Of a stretch of 32,194 nucleotides of DNA, positions 1 through 9,104 are shown piece after piece. The notes under the pieces are model-generated. The model worked only from the letters and a program-made list of their open reading frames with translations. It had not been told where the DNA came from and did no database searches. Position 1 is the stretch's first letter. Every line of letters begins with the position of its first letter. Location: the NCBI GenBank assembly GCA_031414955.1, contig JANOQV010000126.1, positions 1-32,194 of the forward strand, given 5' to 3'. Position numbers and translations under genes: made by a program. The stretch is from Pedosphaera sp. Lineage in GTDB: Bacteria; Verrucomicrobiota; Verrucomicrobiia; Limisphaerales; SIBH01.

Positions 1-195
1 GTGCCGCTTCAAGCGGGCCGGACAATTTTGGACGCGGCCCGGCTTGCGCGCTCTGCTCGCCCTCGACGAAGCCCGCCGCAACCACCATTGGGATCAACTC
101 TGGCAACCCGCCTAATTAAGAACGGTGTACGGATGCACCCACCGGTGCAGGCTCGATCGGCCGCGGCGGACTCAGTGGTCTCCGGATCAGCGCGG

Positions 196-3100
196 TCACT
201 TGGCGGCGGGTTGGGTTTCCTTGGATTGGAAAAGGAACTCCACGAGGTCGCGCAGTTCGGGCTTGGTCAGCACCTGGCGCAGTTCCTCGGGCATGGCGGA
301 GAGGCCGCGCTCGCGCAGCTTGAGGTTCGCCTTCTTCACCGTCAGCAGGCCGTCCTCCGGCGAATTGATTTCCAGTTGGTCGGCGGTCTCCTTCTTCAAC
401 TGGCCCGCGTAGGTGACGTCGCTCTTGGTGGTCACGCTCACGCTCTCGTAGCCCTCGGCAATGTGCTTGTTCGGGAACACGATGGACTCGAGCAGATACT
501 GCCGGTCTTTGCGCGAGCCCAGGCCGGTCAGGTCCGGGCCGACCTCGCCACCTTCGCCGTTCATCTTGTGACAACGCACGCACGAGGCTTCGGCTTTCTC
601 GATGAAGATTCTCCGACCGACTCCGGCATCTCCGCCGACGAGGCATTCGCGGTAGGAGCGCAAATCATCGGCGGACGGGCGCTGGTTCTCAAAGTCCCGA
701 ATCCTGGCGCGCACGTCCCGGGCTTCGCGTTTGGCCGCAGCATCGAGCAGGTCGAGGCTGACTTCAGGCTTCAAGACCCCGGCGATCAATTTGCCCAGCC
801 ATTCGACCAGCACTTTGTCGGCTTCGCCGGCCGGCAGTGTGCCGATGGTGGCAAAGGCGGATTGCTGCTCGCCCACGGTGCCGGTGTCGAGCGTGGCGCG
901 CAGGCGGACCAGGGCTTCCTCGGGTTGCAACTGGGCCTGGAGCCGGGAGCCTTCGCGGCGCAGGAGTTCGTTTTTATCCGCGAGGGCGATGCCGATGGCC
1001 TCGGGCAATTTGCCGTCCTGGTTGGCGGCCATGGACTTGAGGGCTTCGATGCGGACATTCGCCGCCGCGCTCTCGTCCATGAGGATGTCCATGGAACTCG
1101 CGCCATCGCTCTTGATGTGGAGGCGTCCGGCCACTTTGGTGGCGGCGAGCTTGATGGTGTTGGCCGGGCTTTTTTGCAGCGCGGCGAGATAAGGTTGCAG
1201 CGCCGTGGCGGCGGCTTCGGGATCACGCCAGGGCAGGGGGCGCCAGAGTCCGGTGATGCGGTCGAGGCCGGCGGGTTGGGCCCAATCGCCGAGCAACGTG
1301 ACGGCTTCGGCGCGGAAGCTTTCGGGCGCGCGGCTGGTGGCGGCAAACCTGGCCAGAGCGAGGGCATTGGCATGGCCTCCCACCCGGTAGTTGGCGTTAA
1401 TGACGCGCCGCAGCACGGCATCGCGCGGTCCGGCATTAGTGGCGTCCCCGGCGGGGAAGGCCACCAACAGATCGTCCTGCTCAATGAGTGCCGCCAGTTT
1501 GGGCAGGGCGCTGACGAGCGGCAGATCATTGATGGCGCGAGCCGCCTCCGCGACAATGAGCGCATTGGTGTCCTGGAGGAATAGCGCAATCTCCGGCGAT
1601 TCAGCGCGGCGCATCGTCAGCAGTGCGGCCATGCGCACGGCGGAGGAGGAATCAGCATATACCGACTGGATGGTCTCCCGAATCTTCAAGGCTTCGGGAG
1701 AGTCAGGCCGAACCACGATCAGCTTGTCGGTGTTATTGGCCCGGCGAAACATGCCCGAGAGCGCGAGGACGCCCGCGTGGCGAAGGTAAACATCCTGGTC
1801 GTTGTTTTCCCGCACCATGGTGAGCACAGGTTCGAGTTGCTCCAGGCGCCCGGATTTGCCCAGGGCCAGCGCGGCGAAGTAGCGCACCCGCGCGCTGGCG
1901 TCGGTGAGCATTGTGGCCATGGCCGCCGCATCCGCGCCCGGTGCCCCGCCCACGACCTTGAGCGCCTGGGCGCGAATCTCGGGGTCGCCGTCATCAAACA
2001 GACGGGTGAGTTCCTTCACGGCCAGTTCGGAACGGCTCGTGAATTGTCCCAATCCCCAGATGGCGTGGAGCCGGGCGAAGAGATTGGTGTTGTTCCGCGC
2101 CACCTTGGCAAAGGTGGTCACGGCCACGGCCGGGCCGAGATCGACGATGGAGAACTGCGCCTCCTGCCGCACGCGCATGTCGGGATGTTCGAGCAGCGGC
2201 ACGAGGCGATAGAGCGGCAGCATCTCGAAACCTTGCGCGAAAATGTCCTTCGTCTCCTTCACCGCGCGGTCCTTGATGTGTGCCGGATCATAAACGCGGT
2301 AGATGCGGCCTTTGCCGGTCTTGTTCCAGCCCTCCACCCAATCGGAAATGTAGAAGGCGCCGTCGTAGCCGAAGTCGCCGTCGGTCGCGAGCAACTCCCA
2401 GACAAAGTCGTGGCGGTCCGTCACCTCGAAGCCCGCGCCCTTGGGCTTGACCCCAAACGAATGGACGCCGCTGCCCGTGCTGCCGCGAAAGTCGCACAGG
2501 AAGAAATGGTTCTGATAGCGCTCGGGCAATCCCACGCCGGGATAATAGGAAAGGCCGGACGGCCCGTTGCCGACGTTGGCCAGCGGCGGAAGGATGTAGG
2601 CGGCCTGTCCGGGAAACTGCGGATAGCACATCCGCTCCGAGAGCCACACCCCGCGGGAATTCGGCTGGGTGATGAACTGGAATCCAACGCGCCAGCCGCT
2701 GTCGCCGCCCTCGACCACATAAACCCAGCGCGCTGGATCGCCGCCGTCCGAGTTGTTGTCGCCGGTCCAGAGATTGCCGTAGGCATCGAAGGCCAGTTCC
2801 TGCGGATTGCGCAGGCCGCGCGCGAAAATCTCCAGGCGCGAGCCATCGAGATTGCAGCGATAGACGACGCCCTCCTCGGGGCTGGACACCACGCGTTGAT
2901 TCACGCCCTCGTGGGTGGTCACTTGCGCGCCGCGATCCCCGATGGTGAAATACAATTTGCCATCCGGCCCGATGCGCAGTCCGTGCAGGTCGTGCCCGAG
3001 AAAGCCCACGCGCACGCCGAAGCCGTAGAGCAGGGACTTCTTCGCGTCGGCCACCCCGTCCTTGTTGTTGTCGCGCAGCATCCAGAGGTTCGGAATGTCG

Positions 3101-3636
3101 GTGTAGTAAACATTCCCGCGCCGGGCCAGCAATCCCGCGCCAATGCCTTCGGCCGCGCCGCTGAATCCGCCCGCGAACACCTTGGACTGATCGGCCTTGC
3201 CGTCCTCATCGCTGTCCCAGATCAGGCGCACGCGGTCCGCTTCCTTGGCATAATCCTCGAACCGTTTGCCTTCGTAGAGTTTCATGTAGGCGACGCGCTG
3301 CTCGACCGAGGTGCTGGCCAGTTCGTTGGTCAGCCAGCTCATGTGACCGCGAATATCCGTCACGCCCGCATGCAGGCGGAAGGTCTCGGCCACGTAGAAT
3401 CGGTTCCGCTCATCGATGGCGAAGGCGACGGGATTGGCCAGCAGCGGTTCGGCCGCGAACAGCTCGACCTTGAAGCCCTTGGGCAGGCGGAATCGCTTCA
3501 TGGCGCGCTCGGCTTCATCCGAAGCGGCGGCGACCTTGGGCGCGTTGGAATTGGTGGCAGCGACGAACTGGGCGGCGTCCATTCGCGCCAGCGAGGCCAG
3601 CGCGAGAACGACTGCGGCGATAACGGTGCGAAACAT
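196..3636 (-). CDS. PVC-type heme-binding CxxCH protein (membrane-bound dehydrogenase-like beta-propeller + HEAT repeats + C-terminal cytochrome c)
   Basis: ORF 196..3672; ATG at 3636 chosen because it opens a signal peptide (MFRTVIAAVVLALASLARMDA). N-terminal 'FRLPKGFKVELFAAEPLLANPVAFAIDE', 'HGLRIGPDGKLY' and 'GLRNPQELAFD' are sorbosone-dehydrogenase-like. The middle has HEAT-like repeats ('LEHPDMRVRQEAQ', 'DGDPEIRAQAL'). C-terminal heme motif 'CVRCH...GEVGPDL' and 'SAMP'. Confidence 0.9.
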   Translation of the reverse strand: MFRTVIAAVVLALASLARMDAAQFVAATNSNAPKVAAASDEAERAMKRFRLPKGFKVELFAAEPLLANPVAFAIDERNRFYVAETFRLHAGVTDIRGHMSWLTNELASTSVEQRVAYMKLYEGKRFEDYAKEADRVRLIWDSDEDGKADQSKVFAGGFSGAAEGIGAGLLARRGNVYYTDIPNLWMLRDNNKDGVADAKKSLLYGFGVRVGFLGHDLHGLRIGPDGKLYFTIGDRGAQVTTHEGVNQRVVSSPEEGVVYRCNLDGSRLEIFARGLRNPQELAFDAYGNLWTGDNNSDGGDPARWVYVVEGGDSGWRVGFQFITQPNSRGVWLSERMCYPQFPGQAAYILPPLANVGNGPSGLSYYPGVGLPERYQNHFFLCDFRGSTGSGVHSFGVKPKGAGFEVTDRHDFVWELLATDGDFGYDGAFYISDWVEGWNKTGKGRIYRVYDPAHIKDRAVKETKDIFAQGFEMLPLYRLVPLLEHPDMRVRQEAQFSIVDLGPAVAVTTFAKVARNNTNLFARLHAIWGLGQFTSRSELAVKELTRLFDDGDPEIRAQALKVVGGAPGADAAAMATMLTDASARVRYFAALALGKSGRLEQLEPVLTMVRENNDQDVYLRHAGVLALSGMFRRANNTDKLIVVRPDSPEALKIRETIQSVYADSSSAVRMAALLTMRRAESPEIALFLQDTNALIVAEAARAINDLPLVSALPKLAALIEQDDLLVAFPAGDATNAGPRDAVLRRVINANYRVGGHANALALARFAATSRAPESFRAEAVTLLGDWAQPAGLDRITGLWRPLPWRDPEAAATALQPYLAALQKSPANTIKLAATKVAGRLHIKSDGASSMDILMDESAAANVRIEALKSMAANQDGKLPEAIGIALADKNELLRREGSRLQAQLQPEEALVRLRATLDTGTVGEQQSAFATIGTLPAGEADKVLVEWLGKLIAGVLKPEVSLDLLDAAAKREARDVRARIRDFENQRPSADDLRSYRECLVGGDAGVGRRIFIEKAEASCVRCHKMNGEGGEVGPDLTGLGSRKDRQYLLESIVFPNKHIAEGYESVSVTTKSDVTYAGQLKKETADQLEINSPEDGLLTVKKANLKLRERGLSAMPEELRQVLTKPELRDLVEFLFQSKETQPAAK

Positions 3637-3644
3637 GGTCGGGC

Positions 3645-3672
3645 ATGATAGGCCGCGGGAAAGTCGAATCAA
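3645..3672 (-). promoter_or_regulatory. Putative sigma70-type promoter TTGATT-N16-TATCAT, 8 nt upstream of the ATG at 3636
   Basis: Minus strand reads ttgatt cgactttcccgcggcc tatcat gcccgacc ATG; no Shine-Dalgarno sequence. Confidence 0.55.
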
Positions 3673-3757
3673 GCGAAGGCGAAAATTTCTTCCACCACGC
3701 CACGCAAGCTGTGCTCTGGCCCCGGCCCACCACGCCGCGGGCCGGGCCGGGCGCCGT

Positions 3758-4657
3758 TTATTTTTCCGCCGCCGCTTCCAGCACCATCTGTCGGCGCGAG
3801 TAATCGAAGATCACCTTGAAGCGATGGAGCGCGCCGATGCCGATGTGGCCGGCCAGGCCGGGATCGACGGGCGAGCCTTCGAGGAAGAAGTCGGTCTGGG
3901 GTTTGTCGATGCGCGTGGCTCCGATCTGGAGTTGGGGCAGGTGGCCGCTGCGGGTCCTGGCTCCGCCGCCAACGCCGATTTTCCCGCCGGACTGGGTTTC
4001 CTGGTCGTGGAGCAGCTTGTGGGTGCTGATGAATTCATGCCCGAGGCACACGCCGCTGTCGCAGCCCGTGTCGATCTCGAACTCGCCGTGCAACGCGGTT
4101 CCGTTGGTTTGGTTGATCGACGCTTCGACCATGGGAATCGCGCTGCCGCGCCGGAATTTCAGCGGAATGATTTCGCCGCAGCCCGCGTAATTGAAGTTGG
4201 TCGGCGAGTAAAGCACGAGTCGCTGGCGGGCGAAGTCGATCTCCACGACGAACTGGCGGAACAAGCCCGCGCCCAGAATTCCATCCCGCCGGCGTCGACG
4301 GTTGCCGTCTGATCCCAGCGCGGCCACGCGCCGGGGCCGGTACTCGACGCCGCCGAGGTTGAGGAGCGCGCCTTCGTAAGTCGGCGCTTTCTCTTCCCCA
4401 GCAATGCCGATGACCGTGATCTCGCCCACGCGCCGCAGCTTGAGCGGCTCCGGCAGTTCCGGATGAACCATCGTGACGGAGAACCCCGTATCGAGCAGGA
4501 AGAAGAGATCGTTTGATCCGTTGAGTTGCACCGGAACCATGATGCGATCCCGCGCCGTGGAGATGGGAATGGTGACGAGTGGGATCGCGCCGGATGCGGA
4601 TGTGACCGTAAACCACAGCGCGGCGAGGCGGACGAGGTTGTGGCAGTGGCGGCGCAT
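3758..4657 (-). CDS. Secreted two-domain retropepsin-like aspartyl protease
   Basis: Two catalytic motifs, FLLDTGFS and FEIDTGCD, followed by DGILG and GHIG respectively; N-terminal signal-like segment. ATG at 4657 is preceded by GAGGA (alternative TTG at 4666). Confidence 0.85.
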   Translation of the reverse strand: MRRHCHNLVRLAALWFTVTSASGAIPLVTIPISTARDRIMVPVQLNGSNDLFFLLDTGFSVTMVHPELPEPLKLRRVGEITVIGIAGEEKAPTYEGALLNLGGVEYRPRRVAALGSDGNRRRRRDGILGAGLFRQFVVEIDFARQRLVLYSPTNFNYAGCGEIIPLKFRRGSAIPMVEASINQTNGTALHGEFEIDTGCDSGVCLGHEFISTHKLLHDQETQSGGKIGVGGGARTRSGHLPQLQIGATRIDKPQTDFFLEGSPVDPGLAGHIGIGALHRFKVIFDYSRRQMVLEAAAEK

Positions 4658-4670
4658 CAGTTTCAATTCC

Positions 4671-5618
4671 TCATGCGGCCAGCGCGCCGGTGCAACTGCT
4701 GCCCGCGCCCGCCGTGCAAGCCAGGCAATGTTCCCCGGTGGCGATGGCGCGCCCGGAGAGATACTCCGGCGTCACATCCCAGAGATGGAGCGGCACGCCG
4801 TTGCGCAACTGCATCCCGAGCATCTGGTTGAAGTCGCAGTCATAGACCTCACCCCGATGGCCCACGCTCAAAGTCGTGCGGCACATGAGTCCCTCAAGGG
4901 TGGAGGGGTTGAAGGCGTTGGCCAGGAGTTCGAGGTATTCATCCCACCGGCCTTGCGCGTGCAGGTCTTCGGCGAAGCGCGCGATGGGTTGATTGGTGAT
5001 GGTGAACAGCCGGTTGAAGACGATGCCGAAGTCGCACTGGAGCGCCGCCTTGTAGTCAGCTTCCAACTCGGCCTGCGGCCCGGGCAAGTTCGCCCCGAGC
5101 GGATTGTAAACGAGGTGGAGTGAGTGCCGCGTGCCGTAGCCGGCGGCGTTTAACTTCTGCAAGGCCGCGATGCTCTTGTCGAACACGCCATTGCCACGCT
5201 GCTGGTTGACGTTCTTCGCCGAATAACAGGGCAGGGAGGCGATCACTTCCACGTCGTGCCGCGCGAGATATTCGGGCAGCCAGTCGAAGCCTGGCTCCTC
5301 AATGATGGTGAGGTTGTTGCGGTCGATGACGTGCGCTCCGCACGCGCGCGCCTGCTCGACGAGGTAACGGAAAAACTCGCTGAGTTCCGGCGCTCCGCCG
5401 GTGAGGTCCACGATCTCCGGCCGGTGAACTGCCATCCAGCCGCCGATGCGGTGTGCGGTGGGCTCGTCGATCATCTCGGTGCGCCAGGGCGCGGCATCGA
5501 CATGGCAATGGCGGCAGGCCTGATTGCACTTGCGGCCGACGTTGAGTTGCAACGTCATCAGCCGGTTCCGGCGCAGGGCCAGTCCGTGCTCGGCGAGCTT
5601 TTGGGCGAAGCGGTTCAT
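4671..5618 (-). CDS. arsS: Arsenosugar-biosynthesis-type radical SAM/Cys-rich protein (TIGR04167, DUF3641)
   Basis: 'TLQLNVGRKCNQACRHCHVDA' (CxxxCxxC), 'DLTGGAPEL', 'ASLPCY', 'LMCR', 'YDCDFNQML' and C-terminal 'HCLACTAGAGSSC'. Start is MNRFAQKL at 5618; the upstream extension of the ORF overlaps the divergent gene. Confidence 0.88.
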   Translation of the reverse strand: MNRFAQKLAEHGLALRRNRLMTLQLNVGRKCNQACRHCHVDAAPWRTEMIDEPTAHRIGGWMAVHRPEIVDLTGGAPELSEFFRYLVEQARACGAHVIDRNNLTIIEEPGFDWLPEYLARHDVEVIASLPCYSAKNVNQQRGNGVFDKSIAALQKLNAAGYGTRHSLHLVYNPLGANLPGPQAELEADYKAALQCDFGIVFNRLFTITNQPIARFAEDLHAQGRWDEYLELLANAFNPSTLEGLMCRTTLSVGHRGEVYDCDFNQMLGMQLRNGVPLHLWDVTPEYLSGRAIATGEHCLACTAGAGSSCTGALAA

Positions 5619-5629
5619 CGCGGTAGGCG

Positions 5630-5658
5630 AAGGTAGCAGTGGGCTTGTGGATTTTCCA
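5630..5658 (-). promoter_or_regulatory. Putative arsS promoter TGGAAA-N17-TACCTT
   Basis: Minus strand reads tggaaa atccacaagcccactgc tacctt, then 11 nt to the ATG; overlapped by a TTGTGG-N10-CCACAA palindrome. Confidence 0.45.
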
Positions 5659-5780
5659 AACCACAAAAGCCAGGAACCCGCGCGCGTCGAACGGAAGTGA
5701 CCCTTCCCAGTTTTGATCGTCGTGCTCGAACACGGATTCATAGCCTCGAACTTCGCCGGCAAGGCTGTCACGCTTGCCCG

Positions 5781-6383
5781 ATGTCGAAGGATAAACTGAT
5801 TGTCTTGGTCAAAGCGCCGCGCGAGGGCGAAGTGAAGACTCGCCTCGCCGCGACGGCAGGCACGCGAAAGGCTTGCGCCGTGTATCGCGAGTTGGTCGCG
5901 ACGGTGTTGCAGCGGAACAGCGCGCTCAAAACGGTGGAGTTGCGTTTCACGCCAGATGATGCCGGGGCAGAGATTCAACCGTGGCTTCGGCCGGGCTGGA
6001 CCGCCCAACCGCAAGGTGACGGCGACCTCGGTGCGCGGATGGGCCGGGCTTTCGAGGCCTCGTTCGCGGCTGGGTTCGAGCGGGTGGTCATCATCGGATC
6101 GGACTGTCCGGCGGCTGGGTCGGCGGATGTCCGCGCGGCTTGGAAGGAATTGAAGACCCACGATGTGGTGCTCGGCCCGGCCCTTGACGGCGGTTACTGG
6201 CTCATTGGCCTGCGCGCGGTCCATCCACCTTTGTTCGAGGGCATTTCGTGGAGCAGCGAAGCCGTGTTGGGACAGACGTTGCAACGGGCCAGGGCGCTGG
6301 GCTTGCGCATCCAATTGCTGCGCATCCTGGCCGACATCGACACCGAGGAGGATTGGAACGCATACGTACAAGCCCGCGACTGA
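5781..6383 (+). CDS. TIGR04282/DUF2064 family CofC-like transferase (rSAM/arsenosugar-associated)
   Basis: 'KAPREGEVKTRLA', 'QGDGDLGARM', 'IIGSDCP', 'VLGPALDGGYWLIG', 'WSSEAV', 'DIDTEED'; adjacent to arsS. Confidence 0.88.
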   Translation: MSKDKLIVLVKAPREGEVKTRLAATAGTRKACAVYRELVATVLQRNSALKTVELRFTPDDAGAEIQPWLRPGWTAQPQGDGDLGARMGRAFEASFAAGFERVVIIGSDCPAAGSADVRAAWKELKTHDVVLGPALDGGYWLIGLRAVHPPLFEGISWSSEAVLGQTLQRARALGLRIQLLRILADIDTEEDWNAYVQARD

Positions 6384-6482
6384 TCCAGAGCTTGTGCTTG
6401 GTCAAAAAAACTCGTCATTTTTTCATTCGAGGATGGACAAGCATTGGCGAGGAGTTTTACAACTCCCCGCACCCAAACAACC

Positions 6483-6526
6483 AAACGGACTCGCTGGCAA
6501 GTGTCGCGGGTCCGTTTTTTTATTTT
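6483..6526 (+). terminator. Intrinsic terminator between convergent genes
   Basis: aaacggactcgc-loop-gcgggtccgttt stem (one G:U pair) running into tttttttatttt. Confidence 0.7.
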
Positions 6527-6565
6527 CCCGAGCTTTCCAGTTCCTCCGGCACGCCCGCTGTCGTG

Positions 6566-6964
6566 TCACCAGATCGAAATCTTTCCGGTGAGATACCATT
6601 CACCCTCCACGCGCCTCATCTCGATCTCGTGGCCTATTCGCAGGAAGGGAATGAAAGGCAGTTCGCGCCGGGGGCAGATCCAGGCCTGAGCTCCGTTGAC
6701 CGTGATGAAAGAAGCCCCGCTGAAATCGTGGGCGAAAGTTTGCAGCCGGACCATTTCGTTCGCCGTCCGGGCGCGCACTTCCGGGAGGAGGAGAAGGGTG
6801 ATGAGGTTGGTGTCGCCGGCCCGCATCGCCGCCCGCAACTGTTCGTAGCGGGCGCGCACCCTCTCGTGTTCAGTCCTGCCGCCAAAGCGCCATTGCACCA
6901 TCAGGGCGGCGGTCACGGCGCAAGCGAACAACAGGCCCAAGCTTTTAATTCGGCGACGATCCAT
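6566..6964 (-). CDS. Hypothetical membrane-anchored small protein (possible NTF2/DUF4878-like fold)
   Basis: 132 aa from MDRRRIK; basic N-terminus plus hydrophobic helix; C-terminal 'IEMRRVEGEWYL' beta-hairpin pattern. Confidence 0.6.
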   Translation of the reverse strand: MDRRRIKSLGLLFACAVTAALMVQWRFGGRTEHERVRARYEQLRAAMRAGDTNLITLLLLPEVRARTANEMVRLQTFAHDFSGASFITVNGAQAWICPRRELPFIPFLRIGHEIEMRRVEGEWYLTGKISIW

Positions 6965-7108
6965 CTGGTGACTGTGATGATGGACCAAATCCGCGTTCGG
7001 GCGTTCAAACTGGACGCGCCCGGCCAGGCCTCGGGCTGGTGGACTGTGCCGATCAGGAATCGCGCCGCCTTCGCCGATGGAGCCAGTATTGGGATGTACG
7101 ATGCGGGG

Positions 7109-7732
7109 CTATCGCCTGGCCTTGGCGTTCACGTACATGTTCGGCAGTTGTTTGACCGCGTCCTTGACCGGCCGGAACCAGTAATTGCGAAAGCCAATGC
7201 CGCCGGCCTTGCCGCACACGCGCTCCGAGCGGATTACTTTGCGCGAGGCGACATCGAAAAACACCGCATGGAGGCAGGCGGTCTCCTGCGCCTTGACCAG
7301 GCGATCCATGACGAAAACCAGGCCCATCCCATGGCTGTTCTCCAGCTTGTATGACTTCACCAGTCCGGCGATGTCGGCCTCGGTGAGGTGGGTCGCTTTT
7401 ACCATCTCTTCAGTCGAACCATCCTTGTACACGATCTGGCTGGCTTTGGCTTTTTCATTGCCTGGTTGGACGGCTTGCACATCGGTGCGCACGGAACTGG
7501 CCATGAGTTCGAGTTGCGGCAGCATCTCCTTCATGAACAGTCCGTTCCAGGCCGTGAGCATCCCGGGGAAAATCTGGTCGGGATTCCGGAAATCCAGGGT
7601 GCCGATCATTTTGACCTTGGAGTAGTCGAGGCCGCACCAGACCAGGGTATTGAGCGTGGTAGTCTCGGCCGCGCGCCCGGCCGTCACGCCAGCCACGTTC
7701 AGGAGCAACAGTGCGATCAGGATCTTTTTCAT
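7109..7732 (-). CDS. Hypothetical exported protein
   Basis: 207 aa with clear signal peptide MKKILIALLLLNVAGVTAGRA and globular composition; candidate promoter TTGTGC-N16-TAAAAT at 7797-7770. Confidence 0.8.
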   Translation of the reverse strand: MKKILIALLLLNVAGVTAGRAAETTTLNTLVWCGLDYSKVKMIGTLDFRNPDQIFPGMLTAWNGLFMKEMLPQLELMASSVRTDVQAVQPGNEKAKASQIVYKDGSTEEMVKATHLTEADIAGLVKSYKLENSHGMGLVFVMDRLVKAQETACLHAVFFDVASRKVIRSERVCGKAGGIGFRNYWFRPVKDAVKQLPNMYVNAKARR

Positions 7733-7858
7733 AGTGATTCGTTAGAGTTCATCTTGAACTGCGCCGGATATTTTAAGCGTCGACGTCGATTGCACAAGCA
7801 GGATGAGGCGGGCCATGCCGGGCAGCCTGCGACGCCGACGGCTCCATCAGGCGCGGGG

Positions 7859-7887
7859 TTGATTGCGCGCGGCCTTCGCGGCAAAGT
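7859..7887 (+). promoter_or_regulatory. Putative promoter TTGATT-N17-CAAAGT
   Basis: Lies 9 nt upstream of the ATG at 7897; no SD. Confidence 0.5.
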
Positions 7888-7896
7888 CTCCGTGTT

Positions 7897-8826
7897 ATGG
7901 CCATGCCAGCACACCTAGCCGCCGTGTTCTTTGTCGCGATCAACTTCGCGGCTCTGGCCCAGGACGAACTCGTGATTCCCCCTGACCTGCTCCGGCAGGC
8001 CAACGAGTGGGTGAACGAGAACATCGACGAACGTGTGCTCGATGCGCTCGGCGTGGACCGCGACCGGACGCAGAGATTTCTCGGCGATGTGCAAAAGCAA
8101 TTCCAAGGCACGTACGTGTACGACCTCGGCGCGTTGCGCGACACGGCCACACGGTTGCATCCCGTGCTGAATCAATACGAGGAGACCCAGCCCTACGCGG
8201 CCTGGCTGAAGGCGCATCTGGATTACTTCGAGGTCTCGCAGAAGCTGCGCGCAGAAGCCCGCCCCAAGGGCACCAACAGCGCGCTGCTCCCGCCGCCTTC
8301 GCCGCAGACGGAGCGCAACGTGTGGACGAGAGTGATCGAGCCGCGCCCTGTGCCGCCCGCCGCCGCGAAACACCTGGCGCGGCTCAAGCGCATCTTTGCG
8401 GAGGAACGCGTCCCGTCGGAGTTGGTCTGGATTGCCGAGGTGGAATCCTCCTTCGAGGCGCGCGCCCGCAGCCCGGCGGGCGCGGCCGGGCTGTTTCAGT
8501 TGATGCCGGTGACGGCGCGTGATCTCGATCTCTCCGTCGGCTTTCTGCGCGATGATCGGCTGGACCCGGAAAAGTCGGCGCGGGCCGCCGCCCGTTACCT
8601 GCGCCGGTTGCACGGCCGCTTCCACGACTGGCGCCTCACGTTCGCCGCCTACAACGCCGGCGAGTCGCGCGTGGCCGCGTTGCTCAAGCAGGAAAAGGCG
8701 CGCACGTTCGACGAGATCGCCGCGCGGCTGCCGCTGGAGACCCAGATGTTCGTCCCCAAAGTGGAGGCGACGATCCGCAAGCGCGAGGGCGCGGCGCTGA
8801 AGGATTTGAAAATGCCTCGGGCTTGA
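7897..8826 (+). CDS. Lytic transglycosylase (SLT domain, MltD-like)
   Basis: Catalytic 'AEVESSF', 'SPAGAAGLFQLMP', 'AAYNAGE', 'LPLETQMFVPK'; signal peptide; no LysM domains. Confidence 0.9.
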   Translation: MAMPAHLAAVFFVAINFAALAQDELVIPPDLLRQANEWVNENIDERVLDALGVDRDRTQRFLGDVQKQFQGTYVYDLGALRDTATRLHPVLNQYEETQPYAAWLKAHLDYFEVSQKLRAEARPKGTNSALLPPPSPQTERNVWTRVIEPRPVPPAAAKHLARLKRIFAEERVPSELVWIAEVESSFEARARSPAGAAGLFQLMPVTARDLDLSVGFLRDDRLDPEKSARAAARYLRRLHGRFHDWRLTFAAYNAGESRVAALLKQEKARTFDEIAARLPLETQMFVPKVEATIRKREGAALKDLKMPRA

Positions 8827-9104
8827 GCCGGGAGGAAATTTTCGGGGTACTCCGTTCGCCGTGTGGCTCGGGTGGGATTGGAAGTGGCGGGCAATGACGA
8901 GGTGGAACTGGTCGCGCTGCGACCAGTAGCGCCGCGTTCAGCGGCGCCGGGGTGATCGGACGTTCCGGCCAGTCCGGGCCGCCCGCTGGACGCGGGCTTG
9001 TTTTGTCGCAGCGCGACAAAACCCACCTTTGACCGCCACTTTCAATCCCACCCGTGTGGCTCCGCCGGTCTTGCCAGGCCGTGGAACGGTGGTTTAATCG
9101 GGCC

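Noticed and set aside
1..3648. Long plus-strand ORFs 1..1584 and 1777..3648
   Set aside because: Antisense shadows of the cytochrome/dehydrogenase gene, expected with high GC3; no recognisable motifs.
5619..6371. N-terminal extension making arsS 566 aa
   Set aside because: Overlaps the divergent TIGR04282 gene; family similarity begins at MNRFAQKL (5618).
6447..6476. Possible tRNA 3' remnant or attachment site
   Set aside because: No T-loop GTTC motif or cloverleaf, and no integrase nearby.
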